A stretch of 64,000 nucleotides of DNA from positions 21,678 to 85,677 of the IMG/VR virus record IMGVR_UViG_3300021376_000028. One strand, written 5' to 3'. Positions 34,327-45,048 of the stretch are shown one piece after another; positions within the stretch are counted from its first letter, which is position 1, and every line of letters begins with the position of its first letter. The stretch is from a virus. A model generated the notes under the pieces. The model was not told the DNA's origin. It ran no database searches and saw only the letters and a list, made by a program, of their open reading frames with translations. Both the position numbers and the translations under genes were made by a program.

Positions 34327-35253
34327 TTAATCTTGTTCATTAGATATAATCCTAGCAGATATATCGGCTATCTGCTTTTCATCTAGTTCAATCTTACTAA
34401 TTCCGTTCCACTTTTCTTCTTTATAAAAGAACCAAGCTCCCCTCCTTTCAATAATGTTCATCTCAACAGCAATATCAAGGAGTTCACGATACTTGTCCAA
34501 GATACCTTCTTGGGGAAGGACATAGTAATGACCACTTGTCCCGATGCTTGGAATTTGCTTTGTCTTTTCAATTGTCCAAGTGACTCGCTGTGAAGTAATC
34601 ATGTTTGTGTCATCCCTTTCCATTTCCTTAGAAGACATTGACAAAAACAGTTTAACAATATTGTGCATGTTGTGATGAACAGTGTTGCCCATTTTTGCTT
34701 TTGTAACTGCATACATACCAGAAAGATCAATAGTTTGATGAGCAATAAACATCATCATATTTCTTTCTTTATGTAGATAGTTGACTAATTTTTGAAGCAG
34801 GAAACCTTGAGATCTAGACTGCAGACCCATTGCTTTGCCACCTTCAGGCTTGTCGTAAAACTCTTCCTTAATAATATTTGAGAGAGAGTCAAATAAAAAA
34901 ATATGTTTTTCTTCTTCATGAGTCAAATACGGATAGACATTCTTAAGAATATCTTCTGCAACTGTTGATTGAATGACAACAATGTCATCAATATCAATAC
35001 CACACTTGGCAGCATACCCTTCGTTAAAAGAATATTCAGAATCAACAATAACTGGTCGGAATCCTCTTGCTTGTGCCTCGGATAAAATCCTAAAGGCCAT
35101 CGTGGACTTGCCCACTGATGGCGTACCCCAAAATAAATGTGTTGCACCTGTGTTCAAACCTCCACCCAATGCTCTATTTAATCCAACGCTGGGCGTAGGA
35201 ATAACCTCATGAACTGGCATGGTGTCACCCTTGCGCTTATCAACTATTAACAT
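34327..35253 (-). CDS. recA: RecA-like recombinase
   Basis: LNRALGGG, GTPSVGKST, VDSE, FDSL, GAWFFY. Confidence 0.92.
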   Translation of the reverse strand: MLIVDKRKGDTMPVHEVIPTPSVGLNRALGGGLNTGATHLFWGTPSVGKSTMAFRILSEAQARGFRPVIVDSEYSFNEGYAAKCGIDIDDIVVIQSTVAEDILKNVYPYLTHEEEKHIFLFDSLSNIIKEEFYDKPEGGKAMGLQSRSQGFLLQKLVNYLHKERNMMMFIAHQTIDLSGMYAVTKAKMGNTVHHNMHNIVKLFLSMSSKEMERDDTNMITSQRVTWTIEKTKQIPSIGTSGHYYVLPQEGILDKYRELLDIAVEMNIIERRGAWFFYKEEKWNGISKIELDEKQIADISARIISNEQD

Positions 35254-35262
35254 TTTTTATTC

Positions 35263-36315
35263 CTATCTAAAAAAATCTGTTCCGAGTCTTTTTACAACTG
35301 ATTTCAAGAACTCATCACAGCGAGTTTTCCAATTATAGTTGGCGTAAACAGCCGGTGCCTGACCAAAATAGTATTTTATTTCGGTATCAAAGTTGTCTAC
35401 AACTTTTCGCATAAGATACACTAATGAATCAACATTTGGCAGAACAACTTCTCCCTGGGTGTATCCTGTGTGTTGTGTCGGCCCAATTGTTGATTCAACA
35501 ACATTTGACCCCAAATAATTTTCATAAGAACACCATACACCTGTTGATATCACAGGCATCCCTGTCGCAAGAGCTTGAAGCGGTATAAAACCAAATCCTT
35601 CACCTTCACTTGGGTATACCAAAACATCATGATCATAGTAAAGTTGCACCATTTTTTCTTTGGTATACGTTTCATAAATATATTTAATACCTTCGTGTGG
35701 CGACACCAAGAATGATGAGTGACCAAAGCCCTTTGCTTCTTCATGACCGTGATATTTCAATGTCAAAGAAACATCCGCTCTATGACGAAAAGCCTTTAAA
35801 AAAGCCTCCTGAGCCAGATCAGCACGCTTACGGGGGCTTCCAGAATCAATATGCAGGAATTTTATTTGACGATTGTTGCCTCTTTTTTTAGGTTTCCACA
35901 CATCATCAATACCCATCTCAAAAACATATGTTGGAGTTTTAATATTAGAATTTAATACAGATTGTTGAGCAAAAAAGTTGCCAACCCAAATTTCATTAAC
36001 AGAATTCATAGCATCAATCCAATGATCCCAAACTTTAGTTGCTTCTAAATGCACCCCTTGTATTTTGTATTGATGATCGTAAAATTTTTTAAAATCTGGA
36101 GAGCGCAAATTTTGCATGTTATGCAAGTTATACCACTCTGGTTCCATATAGAATAATTGAGTATTTGCATCTGGTGAATTTTCCAAAACTTGCATTTTTT
36201 TGTTTCTATATGAAAATTTTGGAAAATGTTCCAAAAATTTATAATAACTGTATGAGTAACCCGAAGCGCCATTTGCATCTTTAATATGCTGGTCTGTATG
36301 CAGAGATATTTTCAT
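35263..36315 (-). CDS. GT-B (GT4-like) glycosyltransferase
   Basis: RKR, YPSEGEGFGFIPLQALATG; paralog of 27208-28287. Confidence 0.9.
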   Translation of the reverse strand: MKISLHTDQHIKDANGASGYSYSYYKFLEHFPKFSYRNKKMQVLENSPDANTQLFYMEPEWYNLHNMQNLRSPDFKKFYDHQYKIQGVHLEATKVWDHWIDAMNSVNEIWVGNFFAQQSVLNSNIKTPTYVFEMGIDDVWKPKKRGNNRQIKFLHIDSGSPRKRADLAQEAFLKAFRHRADVSLTLKYHGHEEAKGFGHSSFLVSPHEGIKYIYETYTKEKMVQLYYDHDVLVYPSEGEGFGFIPLQALATGMPVISTGVWCSYENYLGSNVVESTIGPTQHTGYTQGEVVLPNVDSLVYLMRKVVDNFDTEIKYYFGQAPAVYANYNWKTRCDEFLKSVVKRLGTDFFR

Positions 36316-36839
36316 TGTAAAACAACAAGTCTTCTTGTTGAATGAGGAATGAACCCGGGGGTATCAACATGACAAAACTTCATATCTATTGATGCAACAA
36401 GAGTCTTTTTTGTATTTTTCATTATTAATTCAAATTGATCAACACTCGGTTGATGTTCTATTGAGTGTTCAATTATGGTAATTTTTGATTCCTCAACAAT
36501 CTTAAAAAATGAATCCCATTCATCTTTCTCGCCTTCAATTTCCAGACCGAGCGCCATGACACCAAAATTATCATCCAACAAATCACCATGTTCGTTAACC
36601 CATGCTGAAACTGTTCCATGATAGGAATCAACCATTGTTTTTAAAGGATCAATTGGTATTACATTATATGGGTACGCGCCCCCAATTGTTCTTTTATAAG
36701 CACCAACATCAATAATAAAACTTACATCAGATAAAAAATATTCTGCAATGTGATGTCTCAAAAGATACTCTTTTGATATTAAATATTCCCATCTGTCCAC
36801 TACTTGCCAACTCTCGGCATTATTAAAGCAGTTCCACAC
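36312..36839 (-). CDS. Putative SAM-dependent methyltransferase-like protein
   Basis: IIDVGAY, IPIDP. Confidence 0.55.
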   Translation of the reverse strand: MWNCFNNAESWQVVDRWEYLISKEYLLRHHIAEYFLSDVSFIIDVGAYKRTIGGAYPYNVIPIDPLKTMVDSYHGTVSAWVNEHGDLLDDNFGVMALGLEIEGEKDEWDSFFKIVEESKITIIEHSIEHQPSVDQFELIMKNTKKTLVASIDMKFCHVDTPGFIPHSTRRLVVLQ

Positions 36840-37405
36840 CCAACCGCAAAATTCACCATATCATGACCGTTTTCTTTTGCCCAATCAACAGCGGCGTAGT
36901 AAGAGCCAATGGTCGGATGATCCCCATCAGAGCTATTGTTTGTATCATGAACAGTTATAGCCCAAACCTTATGTTTGTTCATATTTCCACCATAATTATT
37001 TAAATCTTTATATACCTGTTCGTATGAATGGTCTGCATCAACATGTAAATAATCAATTGAAGGGAATAAACCGTAACACTCATCTGTTGTATTGACAATC
37101 AGATTTATTTCTGGATAGCCCTCTATGCCTGTCTCTGTGTACACGGGCAACCCCCAGGGACCAATATTTGCATCAATTAAATTAATATTAAACTGGCCGA
37201 GAAGACCTTCTTCAATTAATGTTCTTTGCGCCTCTACCATTAACTTTGGAACAAAGCCAGCCCCCGAACCCAAGCACACAACACTACTGGCTCTTAACGA
37301 GTAGGGTAATGTGTAATAAAAAGATCCCATGCCTAAATGATTACCAACAGAACCGTGTGATTCTGACCATTTAGATGTTTTGATTATCTCCTCAAACCTT
37401 GACAT
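36800..37405 (-). CDS. Class I SAM methyltransferase (Methyltransf_24-like)
   Basis: VCLGSGAG, IDYLHVDADHSYEQVYKD, VHD. Confidence 0.85.
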   Translation of the reverse strand: MSRFEEIIKTSKWSESHGSVGNHLGMGSFYYTLPYSLRASSVVCLGSGAGFVPKLMVEAQRTLIEEGLLGQFNINLIDANIGPWGLPVYTETGIEGYPEINLIVNTTDECYGLFPSIDYLHVDADHSYEQVYKDLNNYGGNMNKHKVWAITVHDTNNSSDGDHPTIGSYYAAVDWAKENGHDMVNFAVGCGTALIMPRVGK

Positions 37406-40400
37406 AATCTTCCTTTTTAAGAGATTTTCTTTCTATGTAATTGTCAATAGAAATTATACCATTCTCGTTTTCAATTTTGTATGAATCTAAGCGAGTTAAT
37501 GTTTTTTGGTCCTCAATTTTATTGAGTCTAACAGCATACCAATTTCCAACCGAGACAACATGTCTAAGTTTTTTAAAAATTACAGGGAAAATAACAACCT
37601 TGAAGATTGAGTCTCCGTCCCAGCAGTAAAGGTTGGACATGTCTGTGCCTTTTGATGTGGTAAATGTCCTCTGATGGAATACATACATCAATGTCTTTTC
37701 ATCATTTACCAAACCCAAACCAGTGTTATACAACCACTCTTGTTCATGTTGCTTGCCTTTTGATATTTTCATCATTAGGTTGTATAAAGGAGTGCCGTGG
37801 TATTCATATGCATCACAAAAAGCATGCAGTGTCCTGTCACCTATTAATGCATAAACAAAATCTCTTGTTGCAAGTTCAGTATTTCTTTCTGCAAAAACTG
37901 TTGTTGAGCCTGAATGATCTTCAAATTCAATCCGCAAATACTGAGGTGTCTTTTTTGTAGACCGGACCACCGCTTTTACAAGAGTGAGAGGAGAATTTGT
38001 TTCATGGAAATCAACAATCTCTCCCACAAGAGTGTCAATTTCGTTTGCCCCTCCAGTTTGCTTGAGAGAGAAACCCAAGATGGGCAAGTAATACTTTTCA
38101 TGGTCATACTGAGAAGCATGACCGATTTCAGAAAACGCACCAACCTTGTCAAAGTTTTCTCTCAGTGTGCTCTTAACAGCTGTCTTGCGACATTTATTTG
38201 TGAACTCTTCATAAGAATTAAAAGGTCTCTTTGCAAAAATTTCTTCAATAGCAGCTTTACCACAAGAAGCAACATTTGAAAGACCAAAACGAATTGCGTC
38301 ACGATCAATTGTGAACAACTCACCTGAGATATTAATATCTGGAGGTAATATCGTGATACCCATTCTCTGCGCTTCCATCAAGTATGCAGTAATCTTGTCA
38401 GTCGCAGTTTCGTTATACAGCAAAGCCCAAACAAACTCAACAGGGTAATGTATTTTTAACCACATCGTTTGGTATGAAAGCATTGAATAAGAAACCGCAT
38501 GAGATTTATTAAACATGTACAAGGCTGCCAGTTCAAACTCAGACCAAATTTTCTTTGCTGCAGTCTTTGTAATATAAGGATTGTTAATAAACTTCTCCTT
38601 AAACTCATCAAAACCGGCAACATCCCTTTTCTTACCAATGATCTTCCTCAACTTGTCTGCTTCGGCCCATGTAAAACCAGCAATAAGCACCGCCATCTGC
38701 ATCAGTTGCTCTTGGAAAATAACTGTTCCATAAGTTTCTGCAAGGACTTCTTTCACAACCTCATGAGGGTATGAAGGTTTAGCGTTGCCCTTCTTGCAGT
38801 CAATGTATTTCTGCCCCTGCGAAAGAAGAGCGCCTGGCCTAACAAGGGCGTTGGAAACAACTAGGTCATTGAAATTGTCAATGCCCATTCTTTCAATTAA
38901 ATTTCTATAAGCAGCGGCATCTGCTTGGAATACACCTACAGTATTACCAGAATTAAAATTCTCAAAAATTAAAGGGTCGTCTAGGGTTAGCGATGCCTTT
39001 CGTGTATCAATTCCCCTTGTTTCCTTAATCTTGTTTATGCAATCTTTAATCACAGAAACAGTCTTGAGACCAAGAATATCAATTTTAATTAGACCGACAG
39101 CCTCGGCATCTTCCATATCAAAAGCCGTAACAACCGATCTTTCACCGGTTGCCGAATCTTTACGGGTTTCAACAGGGCAAACTTCACTTAACGGTAACGA
39201 GGAAACCACCATGCCAGCAGCGTGGACTCCAGCATTTCTAATCCGACCTTCAAGCATCCTTGCAGTTGTCGGAATATCTGGATATTTCCGACAGAAGATT
39301 TTACCCTTCTCTGTTGCAACCAGTTCATCAATGGTTTCAAAGTATGGGGTAATAGCATTGATTTCTTGATACGGAACCTGAAAGACTCTAGCAACATCCT
39401 TAACTGCTGACTTTGGTTTGAACTCTCCATATGTCGTGATAGCTGCAACATTATCTGCACCCCAACGCTCTCTTAAATAATTACGGACCTCACCACGGCG
39501 CTTGTCCTCAAAATCAAGGTCAATATCTGGGTAGTCGTTTCTTTCCGGATTGATGAATCTAGAGAACAGAAGCCCATACTTAATGGGGTCTACAAGAGTA
39601 ATATCCAAAAGGAATGCCAAAACAGAACCACCGACAGAACCACGACCAGGGCCGCGACCAATACCGTTATTGTCTGCCCATTTAACAAGATCCCAAACAA
39701 TCAAGAAATAATCAGAGAACCCAAGATTGTTGATAATTGACAATTCTTCTTCAAGCCGAACCTTGTATTGTTCACCAAGACTCCTGTTCTTGATTGCAAA
39801 CTCTGCAATTTCACGCAGATAATTGTTTGATTCAAGAACCTTGGAATATTTGGGAAGAAGATTGCGTTTTGTGACAACCTCGGCTGAACACTTCTCAGCA
39901 ATCTCCATTGTATTTTCAAGGTATAGCACATTATCATAGCCAACCTCTCTAAACCAAGAATGAACCGTTTGGGCATCTGCAATATAAGGATTAATCTCAT
40001 CAAATCTTAAAAACCTCTGAGGATACATTGCATTTATCTTGTCCACAAGGTCATGCTTGTGGTCGCTTACTGAGGTAATATTGGCTTGGGCAATTCTAAT
40101 ATCTGCAGCACTTAATGAAGGGTACTGAGACACCATTAGAAGAACCTCTTCGGCTCCACGGTGGCTGTGCGTTGGAAAATGGCAGTCAGCCGTAGCAACA
40201 ACCTTTTTGTTATAGGTGTTGGCCAGTTTGATTAGATTGTCATTGAGGTTTTTTGAGTTCCATGCTTGGATTTCGTAATAAAAGTCATCTCCAAAGATTT
40301 TGATAAATCTCTCGGACAATTCTTCAGCCCTGGCATAATTACCAGCCTCAATTGCCTTTGAAATTGCACTGGCCATACAACCAGAAAGGGCAACAATATC

Positions 40401-40787
40401 GCCCCTGACCATCTGCTCTAGAAGAGCAAAATCAATGCGTGGTTTATAATAAAAGTTTTTGGTCCAACCCAATTGAGACATTTTGAAAAGTTTGTTTAAG
40501 CCCTCATTATTCTTTGCAAGAAGGATGAGATGAAAACGCTCGTACTTTGTTTGTTCGTCTTGACCAATTGAGGGGACAAAATAAGCTTCAATGCCAAAAA
40601 GGGGTTTTACATTATTCTTACGACACGCATCCTGAAATTTAAGAACTCCACCCATCGTGCCGTGGTCTGTAATTGCCGAAGCAAATTGACCGTTTGTACT
40701 TGTAATCTGTGCAATTTCATTTGGCGTAGACATACCATCTAGCAATGAATATTCGCTGTGACAGTGCAAATGCACAAAGTCAATCAT
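37392..40787 (-). CDS. dnaE: DNA polymerase III alpha subunit
   Basis: PHP HLHCHSEYSLLDG, GRGSVGGS, PDIDLDF, HAAG, FNKSHA. Confidence 0.97.
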   Translation of the reverse strand: MIDFVHLHCHSEYSLLDGMSTPNEIAQITSTNGQFASAITDHGTMGGVLKFQDACRKNNVKPLFGIEAYFVPSIGQDEQTKYERFHLILLAKNNEGLNKLFKMSQLGWTKNFYYKPRIDFALLEQMVRGDIVALSGCMASAISKAIEAGNYARAEELSERFIKIFGDDFYYEIQAWNSKNLNDNLIKLANTYNKKVVATADCHFPTHSHRGAEEVLLMVSQYPSLSAADIRIAQANITSVSDHKHDLVDKINAMYPQRFLRFDEINPYIADAQTVHSWFREVGYDNVLYLENTMEIAEKCSAEVVTKRNLLPKYSKVLESNNYLREIAEFAIKNRSLGEQYKVRLEEELSIINNLGFSDYFLIVWDLVKWADNNGIGRGPGRGSVGGSVLAFLLDITLVDPIKYGLLFSRFINPERNDYPDIDLDFEDKRRGEVRNYLRERWGADNVAAITTYGEFKPKSAVKDVARVFQVPYQEINAITPYFETIDELVATEKGKIFCRKYPDIPTTARMLEGRIRNAGVHAAGMVVSSLPLSEVCPVETRKDSATGERSVVTAFDMEDAEAVGLIKIDILGLKTVSVIKDCINKIKETRGIDTRKASLTLDDPLIFENFNSGNTVGVFQADAAAYRNLIERMGIDNFNDLVVSNALVRPGALLSQGQKYIDCKKGNAKPSYPHEVVKEVLAETYGTVIFQEQLMQMAVLIAGFTWAEADKLRKIIGKKRDVAGFDEFKEKFINNPYITKTAAKKIWSEFELAALYMFNKSHAVSYSMLSYQTMWLKIHYPVEFVWALLYNETATDKITAYLMEAQRMGITILPPDINISGELFTIDRDAIRFGLSNVASCGKAAIEEIFAKRPFNSYEEFTNKCRKTAVKSTLRENFDKVGAFSEIGHASQYDHEKYYLPILGFSLKQTGGANEIDTLVGEIVDFHETNSPLTLVKAVVRSTKKTPQYLRIEFEDHSGSTTVFAERNTELATRDFVYALIGDRTLHAFCDAYEYHGTPLYNLMMKISKGKQHEQEWLYNTGLGLVNDEKTLMYVFHQRTFTTSKGTDMSNLYCWDGDSIFKVVIFPVIFKKLRHVVSVGNWYAVRLNKIEDQKTLTRLDSYKIENENGIISIDNYIERKSLKKEDYVKV

Positions 40788-41312
40788 TTAGTTCCAATCT
40801 AAATCGTAAAGTGTTTCTATTGTTGGAAATTCGTTCCAGTGCGGCTCATTGTACCACTGCTTTCTCAGGTAAGCATTTACACCTTCATTCAAAAGAATTC
40901 TTACTTCGTTCGGATTATCTTCAACAACAAAAGCCGGATTCAATTTTTCAATCACGCCGTGCTTCTCATGTATGTTTGTAAAAGAAACACTGGATGCTCC
41001 AACTCTCCATGTGTCCAGCCATTCATGAGTCGTCTTCATTGCAGCACTACAGCGCCTTGCTGTCACAATATGTATATCAATATTTTGGCTAAACCAGTAG
41101 TTGATCTGGTGCCATGCGTCCGCGTATGGCTTTAAATTTTTCCAAAATATTGTGTTGTTGAATACGTTCATTGCCTCTGGATCATTTGAATCACTAATCA
41201 ACCAATGTGAATAGTCATAATCGGCCACGCCTTTTGCCATGAATATCTGGGATATGGGCGTATCAATGTCGGCAATAACGCCATCTAAATCTAAAACAAT
41301 ATTTTTCTTCAT
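40788..41312 (-). CDS. HAD 5'(3')-nucleotidase-like protein
   Basis: LDLDGVIAD, IVTAR, VEDN. Confidence 0.85.
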   Translation of the reverse strand: MKKNIVLDLDGVIADIDTPISQIFMAKGVADYDYSHWLISDSNDPEAMNVFNNTIFWKNLKPYADAWHQINYWFSQNIDIHIVTARRCSAAMKTTHEWLDTWRVGASSVSFTNIHEKHGVIEKLNPAFVVEDNPNEVRILLNEGVNAYLRKQWYNEPHWNEFPTIETLYDLDWN

Positions 41313-41330
41313 AATTTTGGACAAGCAAAT

Positions 41331-41352
41331 AGGGAGCCCCGAAGGGCTCCCC
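41331..41352 (-). terminator. UUCG hairpin after SSB (weak terminator)
   Basis: gggagccc-ttcg-gggctccc. Confidence 0.75.
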
Positions 41353-41365
41353 ATCGCCATTCACC

Positions 41366-42010
41366 TCACCAAGTGTCTTTTTCAATTTCTCCGGTTGTAT
41401 AAAACTTCTCCTGCTTCTCATAAGGAAGAGTTAAATACATATTTGTAAGATCATGATATGGCAAATTCTTAATTGAATCTGGCATTTCAGAAACCTCAAG
41501 AGGGATCAGGCTGTAGTTTGTATCTGATGCACCTGAGCCAGTTCTAGAAATCTTATAGAACCGGTCTGTGATCGTACCAAACTCCTTGGCATACTCAATC
41601 AGAGTAAGACCAACATGGCGCTGATTAAAAGTCGTGTCAAGAACTCTCGGCTCCCAAACACCCGGCTCTGTCTCAACAGCAATGTTGATCAGAAGATGAG
41701 GCTTTGGTCTCCAAGCTTTATCAACAGTAGACTTCTCAGCAGCCCAGCAACGATAGTTGTACTTTTCTAAACCGGCAGTAGAGGCAGCCCTCCACTTCCA
41801 ATTAATTGGCGATGTAACAACCGGCACATTAATTGCAGTACCAGACTCATCGTCATAATTCTTAGCGTCCTCCGTCATTTCCTGACGGAATCTGATCCGG
41901 TACGACTCTCCTGCCGACACCGTGAAATATTTCTTAACAGATGATTTTCCACCTTGTGGTGTGACCACCTGCTTTTCTAATTCATTTAAAGTTTTCATTG
42001 ATTTAAACAT
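41366..42010 (-). CDS. Probable ssDNA-binding protein (gp32-like)
   Basis: YRIRF, YKISRTGSGASDTNYSL; next to primase. Confidence 0.7.
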   Translation of the reverse strand: MFKSMKTLNELEKQVVTPQGGKSSVKKYFTVSAGESYRIRFRQEMTEDAKNYDDESGTAINVPVVTSPINWKWRAASTAGLEKYNYRCWAAEKSTVDKAWRPKPHLLINIAVETEPGVWEPRVLDTTFNQRHVGLTLIEYAKEFGTITDRFYKISRTGSGASDTNYSLIPLEVSEMPDSIKNLPYHDLTNMYLTLPYEKQEKFYTTGEIEKDTW

Positions 42011-42019
42011 GTTGTTCTC

Positions 42020-42952
42020 CTATATTGTAAGTTTTTTGTTTTCAATTATGTTTTGTATTTGTTGTTTGTTCATCTCACCTGGGTCTTTAAGCCCAGTTGA
42101 GTTTTCCACCGTGTAAATCTCTTTACCACGGCAGAGATCTATTATAGCACATTTCATTGCCTCCCCTGCCTCGTCGTTATCAGAAAAAATTATGATTGAA
42201 TCAAAATACCTTTTCATCATCTTGACTTGGCTGGATGTTACTTGTGCTCCAAGAGTTGACACAACATTTGGATAACCGGATTGATGAATTGCCATAGCAT
42301 CAACACTGCCTTCTGTAATTATACAACTGTTAAAGGATTTGGCGTTCTGGAGATTGAAAAGGTAATCAGCCCTACGAAAACCACGGTTATAAAGATATCT
42401 AGGTTCTTGATCCTCACGAATTGCCCTGCCGATGTAACCGACCAGTTTATAAGACTGATCCCTTACTGGTATTACGATTCTTTCTTTAACTCTGGAAAAG
42501 CCGACCTCAAAGTATTCAAGGGTTTCAAGAGTAATGCCTCGATTTGTGATCCCCTGCAATAACACAACATCTTCTTCTTTTGAAAAATCAATTTCAATAT
42601 CAACAATGTCCAAGTCTTCTGTATGCTCTTTTTTGAAAAAACCTTTTTCTATCTCTTTCTTAAGAGCAATCGGATCTAACTTGATATCTTTACCGTATGG
42701 CTTGCCAGTTAATGCTTTGTAAAGTTGTCGGAAATTTCCTTTCTTGCCACAAGATGGGTTGAAGCATTGCCAAAGCCCAGTTTTCCTATTGATATAGAAC
42801 GCAGGACTATTTCTGTTTTTGTGAAAAGGACAAAACAAATTAAACTCTTGTGATGTTTGAGATTCAATGCTAATAGAAAGTTTCTCTAACAACTCAAGAA
42901 TCTGTGATTCCATATCAAATATTGAAAATGATTTGAAATTTGAAGATTTCAT
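42020..42952 (-). CDS. dnaG: DNA primase (CHC2 Zn finger plus Toprim)
   Basis: CPFH..WQCF, TEGSVD, DNDEAG, KDPGE. Confidence 0.93.
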   Translation of the reverse strand: MKSSNFKSFSIFDMESQILELLEKLSISIESQTSQEFNLFCPFHKNRNSPAFYINRKTGLWQCFNPSCGKKGNFRQLYKALTGKPYGKDIKLDPIALKKEIEKGFFKKEHTEDLDIVDIEIDFSKEEDVVLLQGITNRGITLETLEYFEVGFSRVKERIVIPVRDQSYKLVGYIGRAIREDQEPRYLYNRGFRRADYLFNLQNAKSFNSCIITEGSVDAMAIHQSGYPNVVSTLGAQVTSSQVKMMKRYFDSIIIFSDNDEAGEAMKCAIIDLCRGKEIYTVENSTGLKDPGEMNKQQIQNIIENKKLTI

Positions 42953-43115
42953 TTTTTCTGTCGTAGTCTGTTTTCAGCACAGTGTTTTTAAATTCTCCGT
43001 GCTGAGAGCGCCATTCATCCTCAATCCAAGGTCTAAGCCTTATAATAGTTTCAATATCTTCGGCTTCACCTGAAATTGCTTTCTTAGGTATTAAATATCC
43101 CATTCTTCCTGCCAT
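42915..43115 (-). CDS. Small hypothetical protein
   Basis: Bridges helicase and primase. Confidence 0.5.
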   Translation of the reverse strand: MAGRMGYLIPKKAISGEAEDIETIIRLRPWIEDEWRSQHGEFKNTVLKTDYDRKNEIFKFQIIFNI

Positions 43116-44308
43116 TTCCCTGTTTCAAGGTTCCATCTTAAAAAGAAACCAAATTGTGTTGATCTTCTGACTTTTCTAGATACGATCTGGAACAGGTCGG
43201 AATTATATTCACGGTGGATAGCAAGCACTAAGTCAGCGTCGTAAGCTAACTGCTTGCTCCAAGCAACCTCTTCTAATTCCGGTGGTCTTTCGGAGTGACC
43301 ATCGCTCATTGTTACAGCAGCAACATCAACAATTGGCACACCATTCTTGACTGCCATTCTTTTAAAAGCTTTAGATAAATTTTTGGCTTTCTCTGTCTCA
43401 TTGCGAGCACCAGAAGCGTCATCAAATAGACCGTGATAATCAAGAATAACAATGTCTGGTTTATACTGATCTATTTTTGCCTGCACCATATTCTGGTCTG
43501 CTGTTTCAAGACCCTCAGATGTGACAAGATGAATAGCGTGCTTACCATCAAAAGTCTCCTCAGCCCATTTCTCATAAGGCTCAACAACAGTTGGATTGGC
43601 CCTTACAAGATCTGTATTAGTAAATACACCACTGCCGTTTGTAAGTAAAGTGTCTAGCCTGTGGCCTTCCTGCTGTTTATTCATTTCTAATGAAATAATT
43701 AAAGGCCTGTAGCCTGCGCGCCATGCGTTTACTGCGAACAGTCTTGCAATAAAAGACTTACCAACTCCAGTCCATCCCAGCAGGACAATAAAATCACCCG
43801 GTTGCCAACCGCCAAATTGCTTATCAATAACATTGATACCACTAGGGATACCCTGCAATTCGTTATTGCCCCTCTTGGCTCGCTCTCTTAAATCAACAAC
43901 CCTGTCCTTCCACTCACCAGCAAGATCAGTATCTTTGAGGTTGCTGGAGAATTTATAAAGTTGTAATGTGTTCTCCATAAGATACGCCAGCGCCTCTTTG
44001 GGACCAAGATCACCAAGAAGCGCATTTGCTCTAGAGACAATAACCCTAGTTTGATAAGACAAAGACTCTTTCTTTGCCTCATCTATATAATATTTTAGTG
44101 GTTCTGGAGTTGCATAAAACTCAAACTCAGGATGGTGCTGTTTTACAGTTTCTTTTGACGGAACTTTTTTGTGCTCATCATAATGATTGGTAATAAAATT
44201 CCAAACATCTCTATACTCTATAAAGACATTTTCAATGCCTTCGTTTACTGCCGTAACATAATCATTTGTTTGCATTAAAGAATTCAACAAACGTACTTCG
44301 TAATTCAT
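43091..44308 (-). CDS. dnaB: DnaB-like replicative helicase
   Basis: GWTGVGKS, ISLEM, LDY, AYDADLV. Confidence 0.93.
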   Translation of the reverse strand: MNYEVRLLNSLMQTNDYVTAVNEGIENVFIEYRDVWNFITNHYDEHKKVPSKETVKQHHPEFEFYATPEPLKYYIDEAKKESLSYQTRVIVSRANALLGDLGPKEALAYLMENTLQLYKFSSNLKDTDLAGEWKDRVVDLRERAKRGNNELQGIPSGINVIDKQFGGWQPGDFIVLLGWTGVGKSFIARLFAVNAWRAGYRPLIISLEMNKQQEGHRLDTLLTNGSGVFTNTDLVRANPTVVEPYEKWAEETFDGKHAIHLVTSEGLETADQNMVQAKIDQYKPDIVILDYHGLFDDASGARNETEKAKNLSKAFKRMAVKNGVPIVDVAAVTMSDGHSERPPELEEVAWSKQLAYDADLVLAIHREYNSDLFQIVSRKVRRSTQFGFFLRWNLETGKWQEEWDI

Positions 44309-44622
44309 TCTTTCATCATTCTGTCGTGAGTGTCCTTAACAATTTGCATAAACATGTTCTTAGACTCTCGTTCTTGCTTTACCTTGTCTGTAATTTTTTT
44401 AGACTCAACCGCAAAATCAAAAATAAGAAACGGTCCTGGTCTTGATTTTACGAAATGGGTTATGGAATCAAACAACAACCCTGAGTCGTAGTGTTCGGCT
44501 AATGCTTGAGCAACAGCCTCTTGCCTCGGTGAATCTGGAATAAATAATTTATTTGATTCTCTGCAGGATTTTTCTAAGAACAGAAGAAGATCTTGTCCTG
44601 TTGTTCTGTCGCTCATTTTCAA
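44305..44622 (-). CDS. Hypothetical protein upstream of helicase
   Basis: Coupled ORF. Confidence 0.65.
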   Translation of the reverse strand: MKMSDRTTGQDLLLFLEKSCRESNKLFIPDSPRQEAVAQALAEHYDSGLLFDSITHFVKSRPGPFLIFDFAVESKKITDKVKQERESKNMFMQIVKDTHDRMMKE

Positions 44623-44854
44623 CCTCCTTCCAAGTGTAGTTTAGATATTCAAATTCAGAAATACCACCGTAAGTTCCATAAATGTCTCCAGAATTCCATG
44701 CATATGTAAAGCACTCTTTTCTTACTGAACATTCATTGCACACTTGAACGGCTTGTTCTATTTCTGATTTTTTGTATGAAAACCAAATACTTCTATCTTT
44801 GTGTTCAAAACACAAAGCTTTAGATTTCCAATCTTGCGTATTACTGCTTTTCAC
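44549..44854 (-). CDS. whiB: Second WhiB-family protein
   Basis: WKSKALC..AVQVCNECSVRKECFTYA..GTYGG. Confidence 0.88.
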   Translation of the reverse strand: MKSSNTQDWKSKALCFEHKDRSIWFSYKKSEIEQAVQVCNECSVRKECFTYAWNSGDIYGTYGGISEFEYLNYTWKEVENERQNNRTRSSSVLRKILQRIK

Positions 44855-45047
44855 TGTCTAACTCTTGGAGTTTGGCTTCAATTTGGCTGTCAATTGAATC
44901 CCAAAGTCTCTTCCAAGCGTCTTCATCTTCAAGCGAAGTCGCCTTGCATTTAGCACCAGCATCAAGCCTTAGCGATTCGTAATTGCCAAGATTTTTGGTA
45001 ATACCAATGGATGCCCAAATCTCCACTTCATTTGTATTCTCTGCCAT
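44841..45047 (-). CDS. Conserved-looking small phage protein
   Basis: TKNLGNYESLRLD motif. Confidence 0.75.
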   Translation of the reverse strand: MAENTNEVEIWASIGITKNLGNYESLRLDAGAKCKATSLEDEDAWKRLWDSIDSQIEAKLQELDSEKQ

Positions 45048-45048
45048 G

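Noticed and set aside
37392-44308. Inteins or introns in dnaE, primase or helicase
   Set aside because: Lengths are normal and motifs are continuous.
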